This document shows, in pieces, positions 19,675 through 30,600 of a stretch of 64,000 nucleotides of DNA (position 1 is the first letter of the stretch; every line of letters starts with the position of its first letter). The position numbers and the translations under genes were made by a program. Source of the stretch: an uncultured Verrucomicrobiae bacterium (GTDB lineage: Bacteria > Verrucomicrobiota > Verrucomicrobiia > Limisphaerales > Palsa-1400); assembly GCA_963707025.1 (NCBI GenBank), contig CAVPOM010000003.1, forward strand, positions 32,001 through 96,000, read 5' to 3'. Under the pieces are notes generated by a model. That model had not been told where the DNA came from. It did no database searches and saw only the letters and a program-made list of their open reading frames with translations.

Positions 19675-19971
19675 GTGAGCATCATTGTCCACGAACGGAA
19701 GAGTCAGAGGCTGGTGGCCCGCGTCACCAAAAGGCATAAGAGGTTGTTTGAACGCGCCGCCGCCTTGGAGGGCCGTTCTGTCGCCACCTTTGTCGTGGCC
19801 CACGCCTTGGAGGCGGCCGGGCATCTTTTGGGCGAACAGGAGATCATCCGGCTTAACAGTGAACAATCGCGTCGTTTTGCCGAAGCGTTGCTGGCGCCCG
19901 CCGGCCCCGTTCCGCCGGCTCTCCGCCGAGCGCACAAAGAATACGCAAAACGCGTGGTCAATCGCCTCTAA
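19675..19971 (+). CDS. DUF1778 (TacA/AtaR-like) RHH antitoxin
   Basis: RLVARVT..HKRLFERAAALEGRSVATFVV..A; IRLNSEQSRRFAEALLAP. Confidence 0.88.
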   Translation: MSIIVHERKSQRLVARVTKRHKRLFERAAALEGRSVATFVVAHALEAAGHLLGEQEIIRLNSEQSRRFAEALLAPAGPVPPALRRAHKEYAKRVVNRL

Positions 19972-20482
19972 GCTCGTTCAACCATCGGTCGAGTCCCTGC
20001 ATGGGCAGGAACATCCGCTGTTCATCAAAGAACCGGAATCCAAATTGCCGGTAAAAGGCCGCCGCCCTGGCGTCCTTGGGATCCGTGATAACGGCCACAG
20101 AGCCAATTTCTATCGAATGCAGCCAAGTCCGCTGCAAAGCGTCGCGCATCAACAATGGCCCGATCCCCATACCTTTAAACGCGACATCGCGCGCCAGCCG
20201 GCCCAGCAATGTGGCGGGAACAAGCGGATACTTGGGCAACCGTTCGGCAATCTCCGCCGGCAATGCGGCCAGTGCGACCGAGGTGGCCGAAAGCGTATAA
20301 TAGCCGGCGATGCGGCCCGGATCGGACCGCGGAACCAGGACGAAACAAACCGATGTTTTGGCGGCCATGTCCTGGCGCGCCCGCTGTCGGAGGTAATCGG
20401 TCAATGGTTGGGCTTCACAGCAAAACTGAGTGCGGCGATGCGTTGCGGCCTCCAGGCGCTGGATGGCAAATTCAGCGACCAT
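19958..20482 (-). CDS. GNAT acetyltransferase toxin, TacT/AtaT-like
   Basis: FCC..PLTDYLR, IAGYYTLS, PATLLGRLARD..FKGMGIG, AAAFYRQFGF. Confidence 0.88.
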   Translation of the reverse strand: MVAEFAIQRLEAATHRRTQFCCEAQPLTDYLRQRARQDMAAKTSVCFVLVPRSDPGRIAGYYTLSATSVALAALPAEIAERLPKYPLVPATLLGRLARDVAFKGMGIGPLLMRDALQRTWLHSIEIGSVAVITDPKDARAAAFYRQFGFRFFDEQRMFLPMQGLDRWLNELRGD

Positions 20483-20586
20483 GCTCGTGACATTTCACCA
20501 TGGTTCAATAATGATGAGTTGCGCCGCGGCTGGCAATGCGGGAATGTTCCCCGGCAGGAAAATCGTTTCGCCGTCGCGAACTGGTT

Positions 20587-21498
20587 TTATTCTCCCAACA
20601 GGGCCTGGGCGAATTGGGCGGGGTCGAAGGGTTGCAGGTCTTCGGGCTTTTCGCCCAAGCCGATGAATTTAACGGGCAGGGCCAGTTCTTTCTGGATGGC
20701 CACCACCATGCCGCCTTTGCTGGTGCCGTCCAGCTTGGTGATGATGAGGCCGGTGAGGGGAACGGCTTTGTGAAAGGCCCGCGCCTGGTTGAGGGCGTTC
20801 ATGCCGGTGGTGGCGTCCAAGACGAGAAGGGTCTCGTGGGGCGCGCCGGGAAGCTGTTTGGCCATGACACGGTGAACTTTTTGCAGTTCCTGCATGAGAT
20901 TGTGCTTGGTGTGGAGGCGGCCGGCGGTGTCAATAAAAAGATAATCGGCGCGGCGGGCCAGTGCGGCCGCCACGGCGTCGTGGGCCACGGAGGCGGGGTC
21001 GGCCCCGGCGGCGCCGGCGATGACAGGGACGCGCAGGCGCGCGCCCCAAAGTTTGAGCTGCTCGACGGCGGCGGCGCGGAAGGTGTCGCAGGCGCCGAGC
21101 AAGGCGACGCGGCCTTCGGCCTGCACCGCGTATGCCAGTTTGGCGGCGGTGGTGGTCTTGCCGGTGCCGTTGACGCCGACGATGGAAACGACGGTCAGGC
21201 CGCCGGGCTGGCGCTGGAGCCGGGCGTGGGCGGTGGAAAGGCTCTTTTCGATTTCGGCCCGGGCGATGGCCAGGACATCCAGCCCGGCGCGGCCCTGGGT
21301 TTCGTAGGCGAGTTTGACGGCGTTGATGATTTGGGCGGCCGTGGCCTGGCCGAGGTCGGCGGCAATCAAGCCGGCTTCCAACTCATCGAGCGTGGCGGCG
21401 GTGAGCCTGGGGGAGGCGGTGATGATGCGCTTGATTTCGTGGGCCAGTTTGCCGTGGGTTTTGCGCAGGCCCTCCTTAAATTTTGCGAATAATCCCAT
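20587..21498 (-). CDS. ftsY: SRP receptor FtsY (NG domains only)
   Basis: [36 protein letters not shown]. Confidence 0.96.
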   Translation of the reverse strand: MGLFAKFKEGLRKTHGKLAHEIKRIITASPRLTAATLDELEAGLIAADLGQATAAQIINAVKLAYETQGRAGLDVLAIARAEIEKSLSTAHARLQRQPGGLTVVSIVGVNGTGKTTTAAKLAYAVQAEGRVALLGACDTFRAAAVEQLKLWGARLRVPVIAGAAGADPASVAHDAVAAALARRADYLFIDTAGRLHTKHNLMQELQKVHRVMAKQLPGAPHETLLVLDATTGMNALNQARAFHKAVPLTGLIITKLDGTSKGGMVVAIQKELALPVKFIGLGEKPEDLQPFDPAQFAQALLGE

Positions 21499-21567
21499 GC
21501 GGTTTCTACATTTTGGATTTCCTCCCTGGCCCCGCAAGGCGGCGCTCCGGAGGACATGGCGGAATGT

Positions 21568-21594
21568 GGATTAGGATTAAGATTAGGATTAGGA
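21568..21594. repeat. GATTA(A/G) hexamer tract containing the PHP gene stop codon
   Basis: GGATTAGGATTAAGATTAGGATTAGGA. Confidence 0.8.
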
Positions 21595-22540
21595 CGGCGG
21601 GCCGGCGATGGCGGCGAGGGGCGCGCGGCCGGCGGCTTTGGCCTGGTAGTGCTCCTTGAGCCGGTCGAAATAGAGGGCCGGCAGCCTGCACCCGCCGATG
21701 AGCGGCTTGCCTTTGCTGTAGCCGTGGCAATCGGAGCCGCCCGTGACCAGCAAATGATGGCGGGCGGCAATTTCCAAGTAGGTACTGGGTCATGGCGGCG
21801 GTGTGTTTGGAATGGAAACACTCAATGCCATCCAGCCCGGAAGCGGCCAGGGCGGGGATGACTTCGTCGCTGCGATTGAGTCCGGGATGGGCCAGCGAGG
21901 CCAGGCCGCCGGCGTGGTGGACCAAGGCGATGGCCTCCAGGGCGGAGATTTTAAACTTGGGAACGTAGGCCGGGCGGTTTTTCTTGAGAAAACGGTCGAA
22001 GGCTTCGTCCAGGCTTCCGCAAAAGCCCTCCTGGACGAGGGCGCGTCCGACGTGGGGTCGGCCCGGAGAATGGCAGTTGGCCAGGGCAAAAACACTTTCG
22101 GCGCGCAGGGGAATGTTGAGCCGGTTGAGGTGGGCGACCATTTCATGAATGCGATTCTGGCGCACGATCTGGAATTTCTTCAAACTGGTTTGCAATTTTG
22201 GATTATCCGCGTCGAGGAAGTAGCCCAAGACGTGCAACTCGCAGCCATCCAGCTCGGCGGTCAATTCGGCGCCGGTCATGAATTGGATGCCCAGGCTGCG
22301 GCAGGCCAGGGCCATGCGCGGGCAGCCTTCCAAAGTATCGTGATCGGTCAGGGCCATGGCCACCAGGCCGCAGCGGGCGCCGTGCCCGGCCAATTCTTCA
22401 GGAGTGAAGGTGCCGTCGGAAAAAAGGGTGTGGAGGTGCAGATCGGCGAAGGCCGGGGCCGCCTGCGCGCCCGCGGCGGAGGGAGCGCGCGGGGCGGAAG
22501 CCGGCGCGGGCGGGGAAATGGGTCGCGGGGTATCGTTCAT
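21589..22540 (-). CDS. PHP-domain metallophosphoesterase (TrpH/YciV-like), with a +1 frameshift at about 21781
   Basis: DLHLHT.FSDG, TDHD, GRPH, AHP; TGGSDCHG lies in the second frame. Confidence 0.88.
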
Positions 22541-23037
22541 TGGACAATGCGGGCGGGGCGCATGAGTTCGCCTTTGATTTTGTCGAGGATGCCGTTGACG
22601 AATTTGCCGCTGTCCTCGGTGGAGAATTTCTTGGCAATGTCCACCGCCTCGTTGATGCTGACGACGGGGGGGATGTCCTGGCGGAAATACATTTCATAAA
22701 TGGCCAGGCGCAGAACATTGCGGTCCACCACGGCCATGCGTTTGAGGTCCCAGTTTTGGGCGAATTGGGTGATGCGCTGGTCCAATTCGGCGCGGTGTTC
22801 CACCACGCCGCGGATGAGGCGGTCGGCAAACTCGCGGGTGGCCAGTTCGGCGGCGGAAGCGGGCGGCAGGTCGGCTTTCCGGCCCCAGGTGGCCGGGGCT
22901 TTTTCCTCGGCGATGGCCGGGGCGCGCTGGGAGTCCCAAAACTGGTCCAGCGCCTCGTCCAGCTTGTCGTATGGATTGAGGTCGTGCTGAAAAAGAAATT
23001 GCACGGCGCGTTCGCGCGCCTCTCGGCGTTGTCCCAT
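22537..23037 (-). CDS. nusB: Transcription antitermination factor NusB
   Basis: RREARERAVQFLF, VDRNVLRLAIYE, INEAVDIAKKF, FVNGILD. Confidence 0.96.
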   Translation of the reverse strand: MGQRREARERAVQFLFQHDLNPYDKLDEALDQFWDSQRAPAIAEEKAPATWGRKADLPPASAAELATREFADRLIRGVVEHRAELDQRITQFAQNWDLKRMAVVDRNVLRLAIYEMYFRQDIPPVVSINEAVDIAKKFSTEDSGKFVNGILDKIKGELMRPARIVQ

Positions 23038-23249
23038 GTTCCTAAGATGCCCGCAAAAAGCGGAATGCCAAAGGAAATCTTTGCGAGCCCCCATCTCAGC
23101 AGGGCCGGTGCCGGGGCCGGAAGGGCGTGCGGCGCGCGCGTGGGGTGGTCTCCAAGGGTCTGGACCCGTAAAGCCGCTGTTTCCGCTGGACGAAAGCCGG
23201 ACCGATGGCGTAAGATTTAAGAAGCACTAATTGAGGAAAAAATGAAGAA

Positions 23250-24572
23250 ATGAAGAATAACAGGCTTTTTCTGACGGCATGGGGTCTTGGGGGGCTTTTT
23301 TTCATCAACCATGCCGGCGCCGTAAATCCTCTCATCATGGATCAATTTACCGCCGATCCAACCGCGAGGGTGTTCGAGGGCAGAGTGTATGTTTATCCTT
23401 CTCATGATATTCCTGCCAGTCCGGGCAGGGGGCGGTCCAACTGGTTTGTCATGGAAGACTACCATGTGTTCTCCTCCGAGAATCTGACGGATTGGACGGA
23501 TCATGGAGTCCTGTTCAACCAGACCAACGTTCCTTGGCTTACCCGGATGTCATTCGATATGTGGGCGCCGGACTGCATGTTCAAGAACGGAAAGTATTAT
23601 TTCTATTTTCCCACCGGCGGCCATATCGGGGTTGCCATTGCGGACAAGCCATACGGTCCTTTCAAGCCGGAGGCAAAGCCGATCCAGGGCGCGAACGGAA
23701 TAGATCCCGGCCTGCTCATGGACAAGGATGGAAGCGCCTATATGTTCTGGGCCAGGGGCAGAATATCCGTGGCCAAGCTGAAAGATAACATGGTGGAGCT
23801 GGATTCGCCGCCGCAGGAGGTGGCGAACCTCCCCGAAAGAGGGCTGATTGAAGGCCCTTTTGCGTTTGAGCGGAATGGAATTTATTATCTGACGTATCCG
23901 CACGTGCAGACGACCATTGAGAGGCTTGAATATGCCACCAGCACCAACCCGATGGGACCCTACCGGCAGGCGGGGGTCCTCCTGGATGAAGCTGCCAGCG
24001 GCTGCTGGACGGTTCATCAATCCGTGGTTGAATACAAGGGGCAGTGGTATCTGTTTTATCATGACAAGGATTTGTCGCCGAACTTTGACAAGAACAGATC
24101 CATTCGGGCCGATTATATGTATTTCAATGAGGATGGGAGCATCAAGAAAGTCATTCCAACCTTGCGCGGAGTCGGGATTGTTGACGCCAGGAGCAAAATA
24201 CAAATAGACCGGTACAGCGACATCAGCAAGGAAGGGGTGTCGGATTCTTTCCTGAATGAAACAAACAAGTTTGAGGGATGGAAGATTTCGCTGAATGGAA
24301 AGAACACCTGGGTTCGATTTGACAGGGTTGATTTCGGAAAGGGCGGCTTGAAGTCGGTGAACGCCAGGTCCATCTCAACGACGGGAGGGACGGTGGAAAT
24401 CCACGCCGACAAGGCGGATGGACCCTTGATTGCAAAAGTTAAAATCGAAAAAGGTTCCGATTGGAAAATCGTCAGATCAAAGGTGGTCAAGGCTCCCGCG
24501 GGCATCCACGATCTTGTTGTTACTCAGAGCCAAGACAAAAAGGTTGATTTAGACTGGATTAGCTTCGAATAA
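23250..24572 (+). CDS. Secreted GH43 glycoside hydrolase with C-terminal CBM6-like module
   Basis: ADP, WAPD, IDP, EGP, YLTY motifs; C-terminal VDFG...GIHDL...LDWISFE. Confidence 0.9.
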   Translation: MKNNRLFLTAWGLGGLFFINHAGAVNPLIMDQFTADPTARVFEGRVYVYPSHDIPASPGRGRSNWFVMEDYHVFSSENLTDWTDHGVLFNQTNVPWLTRMSFDMWAPDCMFKNGKYYFYFPTGGHIGVAIADKPYGPFKPEAKPIQGANGIDPGLLMDKDGSAYMFWARGRISVAKLKDNMVELDSPPQEVANLPERGLIEGPFAFERNGIYYLTYPHVQTTIERLEYATSTNPMGPYRQAGVLLDEAASGCWTVHQSVVEYKGQWYLFYHDKDLSPNFDKNRSIRADYMYFNEDGSIKKVIPTLRGVGIVDARSKIQIDRYSDISKEGVSDSFLNETNKFEGWKISLNGKNTWVRFDRVDFGKGGLKSVNARSISTTGGTVEIHADKADGPLIAKVKIEKGSDWKIVRSKVVKAPAGIHDLVVTQSQDKKVDLDWISFE

Positions 24573-24728
24573 ATCCAGAGAGCAAGCGCGGCTGGAGTGT
24601 TCTGTTACACTTTGTTAAGGCCGTTGCCCGGAGGAGCCATGTCGAGCCGTGACTTTCTCCGACAGAATTCAGTCAAGGCTCGACGGAGTCTCGTCCTGCC
24701 CCGGCGGGCTAAATAGTGAGAACTATTT

Positions 24729-25460
24729 CTACTTAGTGTCCGGCTTGGCTTCCAGTTTCTTCCTGGCCTCGGCGGGAATGTCCATTTTGGTCGTGCCGAC
24801 GTCCTGGATCTCCACGGTGCGGGTCTGGTCCATTTCGTTTTCGTTGTCGCCGAAAGTGACGGTGCCGTGCAGATGCGTTTCATATTTGGCGAGCAGGCCG
24901 TCCTTGATCCAAAACTTGACCGAGCCTTTGGCGTTCTTGGGCGGGGGAAAGCCGTTTTCGCCCGCGGGGCGGCGCGGACCGAAAGTCATCATGTCGGTCG
25001 CGCCTTCGCTGGTGAAATCGCCGCCCAAAGCGCCGCCGTCCAGGGCCTTGACTTCCTTGACATTTTTGAGGGTGATGGCGGCCTCTTGGGCGGCCGCGCC
25101 GTTGCGGGCCAGCCCGGCGGCGAAGAAGGATTTCATGTCGGCGCCTTCACCGATGAGTTGCCAGCCGTCATCGCCCTTGAAGGCCACCTTGTCCCCCTTC
25201 AAGACAACCTCGGTGGTGTTGTCGTTAAAATCCTGGGTCATTTTGGCAAAGCCCTCCTTGTCGGCCTGGCCTTTGACCGGGCCGATGTTGAAGTCGCTGT
25301 TGGCGATTTTCAGGGTGGAAGTCCAACTGTAGTTGGTGGCGGCCTTCAATTTGGTGATGGCGTCGGCGACTTGGTTGGTGGGGGCGATGTCAGCGGCCCG
25401 GGCGGCGTCGGCGGCCAGCAGGGCCAGGGTCAGTGTGATGGCAGGTTTGATGAGTTTCAT
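24729..25460 (-). CDS. Hypothetical secreted protein
   Basis: Signal peptide ending ARA; host-like codon use. Confidence 0.75.
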   Translation of the reverse strand: MKLIKPAITLTLALLAADAARAADIAPTNQVADAITKLKAATNYSWTSTLKIANSDFNIGPVKGQADKEGFAKMTQDFNDNTTEVVLKGDKVAFKGDDGWQLIGEGADMKSFFAAGLARNGAAAQEAAITLKNVKEVKALDGGALGGDFTSEGATDMMTFGPRRPAGENGFPPPKNAKGSVKFWIKDGLLAKYETHLHGTVTFGDNENEMDQTRTVEIQDVGTTKMDIPAEARKKLEAKPDTK

Positions 25461-25522
25461 GGATTTCAAGGGTTTCTGAGTTTGCTCTTGTTTCTGGTGG
25501 GTCATTCTCGCTCCTCGCTTGC

Positions 25523-27136
25523 TCACGCCGCCGTTTTGGGGGCGGGGGCGAGGGAATTGTCGGCATGGCGCAGCTTGGCGGCCAAATCGGTCGCCATGTT
25601 GCGCATGACGACCATGCCCAGGTTGGGCTCGCGCCGGGCCAGATCGGAAAAGGCGGACCGCTGCACGACCAGCAGGATGCTGGGCTGGGCGGCGGCGGCA
25701 AAGGCGTTGCGCGGCGCCCCGTCCAAAAAGGCCAGTTCCCCAAAAATCTTCCCGTCGGTCAGTTGGGCGACCGGCGGGGCGTCGCGTTCCAGTTGGATGT
25801 TGATTTTGCCGCGCAGGACGATGTAAGCCTCGCCGCTGGAATCGCCCTTGGCGAAGACGAATTGGCCCGGGCGGTAAAGTTTTTGCACGAAAAGCCGCGC
25901 GATTTTGCGCAGTTCGCCATCGCCCAGCCCGCCAAACATGGAGAGGTGGCGGAGCAGATTGATGATGGCCAGGCCGAGTTTCTGATCCTGAAAATTGCGG
26001 TCAATGATCGTCACCACCGCCTTGGCGTGGGCGGTGAACTCGGCGGCGTCGAACGAATAGGGCACATTCAACTTCACCAATTTGACGACGTTGGCATAAC
26101 TGCCGGCCCGGCAATAGAAGGCGGGCAGATAAGCCACCGGCACGAAACCCAATTGCTCGGCGGTCTTGAGCAGGCGGGGCGCGGTGGCCAGGATGTCCGC
26201 CTCCACATAGACGGCCCCAAGTTGTTCCTGCACCGCCTTGACCGCGTGGGTCACCAGCGCGCCCAGGGAAACGTCATCACAGGAGAAGGCTTCGGACAAC
26301 CGCGCGCAGCGGTCCATCTCGTCAAAATAGTAGGCCAGCCCGGCCACGATCTTCCCGTCCTTTTCTCCCAGAAAAGCGCGCATGGGCTGTTTGGGGGGCA
26401 AGCGCATGTGGCCGGAACCCATGTTGAAGCGGCCGGAAAGTTCATGGGGAGGATTGGAGGCCAGGGCCTGCGCCCGCCATGCCTGGTAATCTTCGGGCGT
26501 GGCGCCCGCTATCTTCAGGTCGCTGTGCAAGGGGTAGCCGCTGGCGCCGTCGCGCACGACGATGGGATTGACGATGCCCAAGCTGTCCAGGGTGGCGATG
26601 GCCAGTTCGGCCACTTGGGGCAGGGATTCGGAGAGGGGCAGCCGGGTGACCAGCACCGCCTTGGCGCCGCGCACGTAGAAAAGTGTGCCGGTTCGCTTGT
26701 TCAGCAAATGCTTGATCGGTTGGTAGCCGACGCAGGTGTAACCGAGTTCCTCGAAGAGAATCTGGTGCCCGTCGTCCAGGGGGGAGACGCGGATGATGAC
26801 AGTTTCTCCGCGCTGGTCGGCCAGTTCATTGACGCGCTGCAGCAGGGCCTTGGCGGAGCCGTCGCTCAGGCTGTCCGGGCGGAAAAGCATGCGGCCCAAA
26901 TTGGCGATGGGATTGGTCTTCACCCCCTCGAGGCCGAGAATGCTCACGCTGGCGCGCAAGGAGCAGTTGGCCTCGGCGACCCAGGTTTCGTTGAGCGCGC
27001 CCGGGGAAAGCTCCTGGGCGATCCATTGCAAATCATAAAGATCTTTGGCGGGGTATCCCTCCCCCAGGGCGGCCTTGGCTAATTCCAGCCATTGGGCGGC
27101 ATCTGCGGCCGTGGCAGGTCTGATTGTTGAGCCCAT
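25523..27136 (-). CDS. Tandem GNAT-like domains fused to a C-terminal cyclic-nucleotide-binding domain
   Basis: IRPATAADA, LFEELGY, AEQLGFVPV; cNMP cassette IFGELAFLDGAPRNA. Confidence 0.8.
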   Translation of the reverse strand: MGSTIRPATAADAAQWLELAKAALGEGYPAKDLYDLQWIAQELSPGALNETWVAEANCSLRASVSILGLEGVKTNPIANLGRMLFRPDSLSDGSAKALLQRVNELADQRGETVIIRVSPLDDGHQILFEELGYTCVGYQPIKHLLNKRTGTLFYVRGAKAVLVTRLPLSESLPQVAELAIATLDSLGIVNPIVVRDGASGYPLHSDLKIAGATPEDYQAWRAQALASNPPHELSGRFNMGSGHMRLPPKQPMRAFLGEKDGKIVAGLAYYFDEMDRCARLSEAFSCDDVSLGALVTHAVKAVQEQLGAVYVEADILATAPRLLKTAEQLGFVPVAYLPAFYCRAGSYANVVKLVKLNVPYSFDAAEFTAHAKAVVTIIDRNFQDQKLGLAIINLLRHLSMFGGLGDGELRKIARLFVQKLYRPGQFVFAKGDSSGEAYIVLRGKINIQLERDAPPVAQLTDGKIFGELAFLDGAPRNAFAAAAQPSILLVVQRSAFSDLARREPNLGMVVMRNMATDLAAKLRHADNSLAPAPKTAA

Positions 27137-27557
27137 CAACGTGTCTTTCTGTGGTTGCGGCTGTCCATGTCCTGGAAGTTGGATCAGTCTTGCGCGCCAA
27201 GCTGGTCTTGACTCCCTGCCCTAAAGAGGCTTGGCGACGGCGAAACACCTTCTTTGCGACGGCGTGGAGAGGACTTCGATGCGATCCTGGCTCTGGTGAA
27301 ATCAGCGGAACAAATCCATGTCTTGGAGAGGCGCATATAAGTAATTGATAAACAAGCTCTTGCTCAAATCGGGCGGCAAAACCCCCCGTATTTTGCATGC
27401 GTTTCGTTGAAAAGTGGCCGAAGACACATCGGTTTGTCAAACGTTTTATGCGGCAGATGAGTCTGCCGAATCCTCGTGGGAGGTCCGGCCTGTCAGGGAC
27501 GATTCTCACGGTTCGGCGGCGCGTCCGAAACGGGGCGGGGCCGCGAAAGGCGGGCGC

Positions 27558-27587
27558 GTTGACATTGCGGCAGGAAATGTCAACAAT
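27558..27587. promoter_or_regulatory. Sigma70-like promoter inside a 9-bp inverted repeat
   Basis: GTTGACATT-N9-AATGTCAAC; TTGACA-N17-AACAAT on +, TTGACA also on -. Confidence 0.6.
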
Positions 27588-27600
27588 CGCGGCACCGAGC

Positions 27601-30600
27601 ATGACCTTTTTGCCGATTGTTGAGCGGGAGTTGCGTGTGGCCGCGCGCAAGAAGGGAACATACTTGACGCGGGTTGGCGTGGGCATGGGGGCGATGGTGC
27701 TGGGCGGGATCGCGGGCCTGGTCGCCCTCTACAACCCGCCCGTCCGGTTCGGCACGCTTTATTTCCAAACGCTCTCCGGGCTGGCCATGCTCTACTGCCT
27801 GGGGGCGGGGCGGTTTTTGACGGCGGATTGCCTGAGCGTGGAAAAGCGGGAGGAAACAATGGGGTTGCTCTTCTTGACTGACTTGAAGGGGTATGACGTG
27901 GTGCTGGGCAAGATGGCGGCGACATCGCTCAACGGACTGTATGCCTTGCTGGCCGTGCTGCCCGTGCTGGCCATCACGCTGGTGACGGGGGGCATCACCT
28001 ACGGGGAGTTCTGGCGGGTGGCCCTGGTGCTCCTGGACACATTCCTGTTTTCGCTGGCGGTCGGGATTTTTGCCTCGGCGCTGACGCGGGAGTTTCGGTC
28101 GGCGATGGCGCTGAATTTTTACGTGCTGCTGGGGCTGGCGGGCTTGCTGCCGGCGGTGGCGGGATTGCTGCTCTTTTTCCATCCGTCCAGCGCGCCGGCG
28201 GAGGGTTTGTTTCTGCCCTGTCCGGTCTATACGCTGGTGCTGGCGTTTGACGCCCTTTACAAGAGCGAGGCGGCGCAATTCTGGTCGTCCGCGGCCTTCA
28301 TTCTGGCGATGTCGTGGCTGTTGCTGGCGCTGGCCTGCCAGATGGCGCCGCGGTCGTGGCAGGCCAAACCGGCGGCGCGGGAGAAGAAGGGCTCCCAGCG
28401 GGAGAAACTCTTTCGGGAGCGATTGCTGGATCAGAACGCCTATTACTGGCTGGCGGCGCGCCCGTGGTGGAAGGCGCGCCTGGTGTGGGCGGTGATCGGG
28501 CTGGCGTTGTGCTGGCTGGGGATCATGGTGTTTTCTGTCGGCTGGCTGGATGAATCCATCTGCCTGGTGGTGGCCTTTACGCTGAACGTGGCCCTTAAAT
28601 TCTGGATCACGCTGGAGGCCGGGCAAAGGACGGCGGAGGACGCGAAAAGCGGGGCGTTTGAACTGTTGCTGTCCACACCGTTGGCGGCGCGGGACTTTGT
28701 GCATGGACAAATGCTGGCCTTGCGGCGCCAGTTTCTCAAGCCGCTCGTGGTGGCGGCGGGCCTGGAGTTTTTTTTCATGTTCGCGTTGCTGACGGCCCCG
28801 GCTCATCTCCGGAGCTTCACACCGGGCTTGGTCTTTTGGCTTTGGATGGCGGGGATTGTGATGCTGGCGGCGGACGCGGCGACCTTGAGTGTGGTGGCGA
28901 TGGCGGCGGGGTTGACGGAAAAGAACCAGACGACGGCCTTGCTGAAAACCGTGCGGCTGGTGCTGGTGCTGCCGTGGGCGCTGTGGGCCGGGCTGGCGGC
29001 TGTGGAGCGGGCGTGGAGTTTTCTGACGGATGACCGGATCCCCGGCTGGGGGTTCGATCTGGTCTGTTGGTTTGAGATTGGGCTGGGGTTGGATTTGCTG
29101 ATTGGCTGGAGGACGTGGCGCCGGTTGACAGGGAGTTTTCGGGAATTGGCGCTGCGCCGGTTTGAGTCGGCGCCACCGCCAGCGGGTGCGCGCGCCAGGT
29201 GCGCGGCGATGGGCCGCGTCATCAGGGACAACGTTCGGAGGCATCCGCGGAACCGGAAATGGGCGGTGCGACTGGCGACGGTGCTGGTGATTGGCGCGGC
29301 GGCAGGGGTGTGGGAGAGCAACCGCTCGCACGATCCACCGCCGGAGGTTGTATTGACAGGTCCCGCCGATGGAACCCCGCTCCAGGCCGTGGCCGCAGGG
29401 CAGGGCGTGTTTCTGATTCTGCCGGACGGATCGTTGTGGCGGTGGGGACTGACCGAAGGCACCAACCGGGCCGTCCTGCCGGAGCGAGTGGGGACCAATC
29501 GGGATTGGAGGACGGTTTCGGTCAACGGCAACCAGCGCCTGGGCGTGCGCCGCGATGGGACTCTGTGGGAGTGGCAAGGCAACGGCACCCCCACCCAAGT
29601 GGGCGCGGACAAAGACTGGGTGGAGGCCGCTTCCTCCGCAACGGCCCCATACAGGGCGGCGCGGAAAAAGGACGGGACGTTGTGGGCGTGGGGCGACGTC
29701 GCGCTCAGGGGGACCCTGCTCCCGTCACCGCCGGTCTGGATTCCAGCGCCAGCGGCAACCAACCATTTTTGGAAGGCGACCGAAGATTTCGGCCTCCCTC
29801 GGGCCGCTCCGCTTGCGGCGGGGACAAACCTTTTCGGGAATGCGGCCGGTTCGCCAGGGGCCGCTCCCATTCCCGCCCCGGTCACGATCAGAAGGGGACG
29901 AGGGCTGCCCCCAGGAACCATCCTGCGGGCACGAGGGGGCTTGGGCTTTTACAATCTGGCGGTGGATGCAGATGGCACGTTGTGGGTGTGGGGAACGGTC
30001 ACCGTGGCCTCCGGAAATGGAAGCGGACCGGCGACGTATTCGGCGAACTCTTACCCGGATCCAATCCAGGTTTGCCGGGAAACCAATTGGGTTGGGTTCA
30101 CCTTGGAAATGCCCCAAAACAATCAAGGCCAGTTATGGAATCTGTTCGCCGCGCCGCCCAATCCAGCGGAGTCAATCAAGGCGATTGGCAATGTCTTCCG
30201 TACCCAGACGCCGGTGCAGGTGGGGACAAACCGGGACTGGATGGCGGTCGAAGCGAGAGGGAACCTCCTCCTGGGCCTGCGGACGGACAGCACTCTCTGG
30301 AGTTGGGGAGATCGCCCGGTGAGCACTGGCGGGCCGTTTGGCGCATTAAAAAGCTTTTCAATACCCCTGCCCACACAGATCTGCTCGGAAACCGATTGGA
30401 CGGGGTTCGACCGGACTTTTGGCACGCCTTTGGCACGAAATAAATCCGGCGAGCTTTGGATTCCCATGTCCGGCATTAACACAGCCGCCGTCCCCAACGC
30501 CGCCACCTCCATCAGTTTAACCGGCAGTCTTTTTGCTCACAATTCCCCGTCCAACCAGCCAGCGCCGCCCCTCCAACCCTTTGGCGCCGGTCCGTCCCAT

